Source: a virus
IMG/VR virus record: IMGVR_UViG_3300008807_000037
Location: 1 to 5,066 of that record
Length of the DNA: 5,066 nucleotides
Reading direction: 5' to 3' (one strand)
This document shows positions 4,663 to 5,066 of the stretch, piece after piece. Position numbers and translations under genes: made by a program. The notes beneath the pieces were generated by a model. That model was not told the origin of the DNA. It saw only the letters and a list, made by a program, of their open reading frames with translations, and made no database searches. How positions within the stretch are numbered: the first letter of the stretch is position 1; every line of letters starts with the position of its first letter.

Positions 4663-5066
4663 TTAAGGTATTGTTCCACCAGATGAAGGTGGAACAGAGT
4701 TGTTATTCCAAGATTTTCTCAAAAACTTTAAAATATTATGCATCACATTTGAAGCTTCACCTTCAAGTTCAGCGCGTATCATTCCTTTTTGATAAAGAAT
4801 CTTTTTCATTTTATTAAGATCAGTGTCAGAAAGTGTCTTTGCAATATCAGCAGCAGAATTAGCCTTATCAATATCAATTTTTTGCTGGTTTTGATTAAGC
4901 TGTCTGTCCATATTGTACATAGAAACAATCGACGGAAGATCGATCTGAGGAGCTTGAGGATTAGCAGAAGCTCCGGATGGAGTGCTGGAGCCATTACCTC
5001 CAGCACTAAGATTAGGATTAAGGCCAGCAGCTATAAGATCTTGAACCTCTCGCTGATGAGCAGTAT
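4663..5066 (-). CDS. VP2: C-terminal part of VP2, open to the window edge. The unique portion is 4663-4967, and 4968-5066 repeats codons already counted in 1-99.
   Basis: The frame stays open upstream of the track's Met at 4920: ...SGASANPQAPQIDLPSIVS-MYNMDRQLNQ.... The stop TAA is at 4665-4663. The frame is in phase with the ATG at 259 once the 99-nt overlap is collapsed. Confidence 0.85.
   Translation of the reverse strand, partial: TAHQREVQDLIAAGLNPNLSAGGNGSSTPSGASANPQAPQIDLPSIVSMYNMDRQLNQNQQKIDIDKANSAADIAKTLSDTDLNKMKKILYQKGMIRAELEGEASNVMHNILKFLRKSWNNNSVPPSSGGTIP
4968..5066. repeat. Right copy of the 99-nt exact terminal overlap.
   Basis: It is identical to 1-99. Confidence 0.96.

Noticed and set aside
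4806-5006. A - strand 66-aa ORF in an alternative frame of VP2.
   Set aside because: It is Leu/Ile-rich and low in complexity, has no SD, and lies wholly inside the VP2 frame, which carries the conserved motifs.
1-5066. CRISPR arrays, insertion sequences, an integrase or lysogeny module, toxin-antitoxin pairs or defence systems.
   Set aside because: Apart from the 99-nt closure overlap and the 11-nt tandem repeat, no repeat-spacer periodicity is present. There are no transposase- or integrase-sized ORFs either. Phage core genes account for every long ORF.

Overview
The window appears to be one complete, circularly permuted genome of a small ssDNA phage of the Microviridae, with Gokushovirinae-like gene content. 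Bases 1-99 are identical to bases 4968-5066, so the non-redundant circle is 4967 nt and the overlap looks like an assembly closure. All recognisable genes lie on the - strand. In order they are a 106-aa conserved non-structural protein, a 37-aa Arg/Lys-rich DNA-binding peptide (too short for the ORF track), the VP4 rolling-circle Rep, the VP1 major capsid, the VP2 pilot protein (split by the linearisation point) and the VP3 scaffold. Most have AAGGAG-like Shine-Dalgarno sites and the junctions are very tight. The only region without a clear - strand gene is about 3595-4054, and it holds the unusual signals. One is a + strand 56-codon ORF with a canonical AAGGAG-N6-ATG start and its own hairpin terminator, which would make the phage ambisense. 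Its mirror image on the - strand is a hydrophobic 54-codon ORF. There is a period-11 tandem decamer in the putative divergent control region. There is also a roughly 100-nt island of 60% GC carrying three hairpins between the VP3 stop and a likely - strand terminator. No rRNA, tRNA, CRISPR array, transposase or integrase is visible. All family assignments rest on motif recognition by eye, not on database searches.
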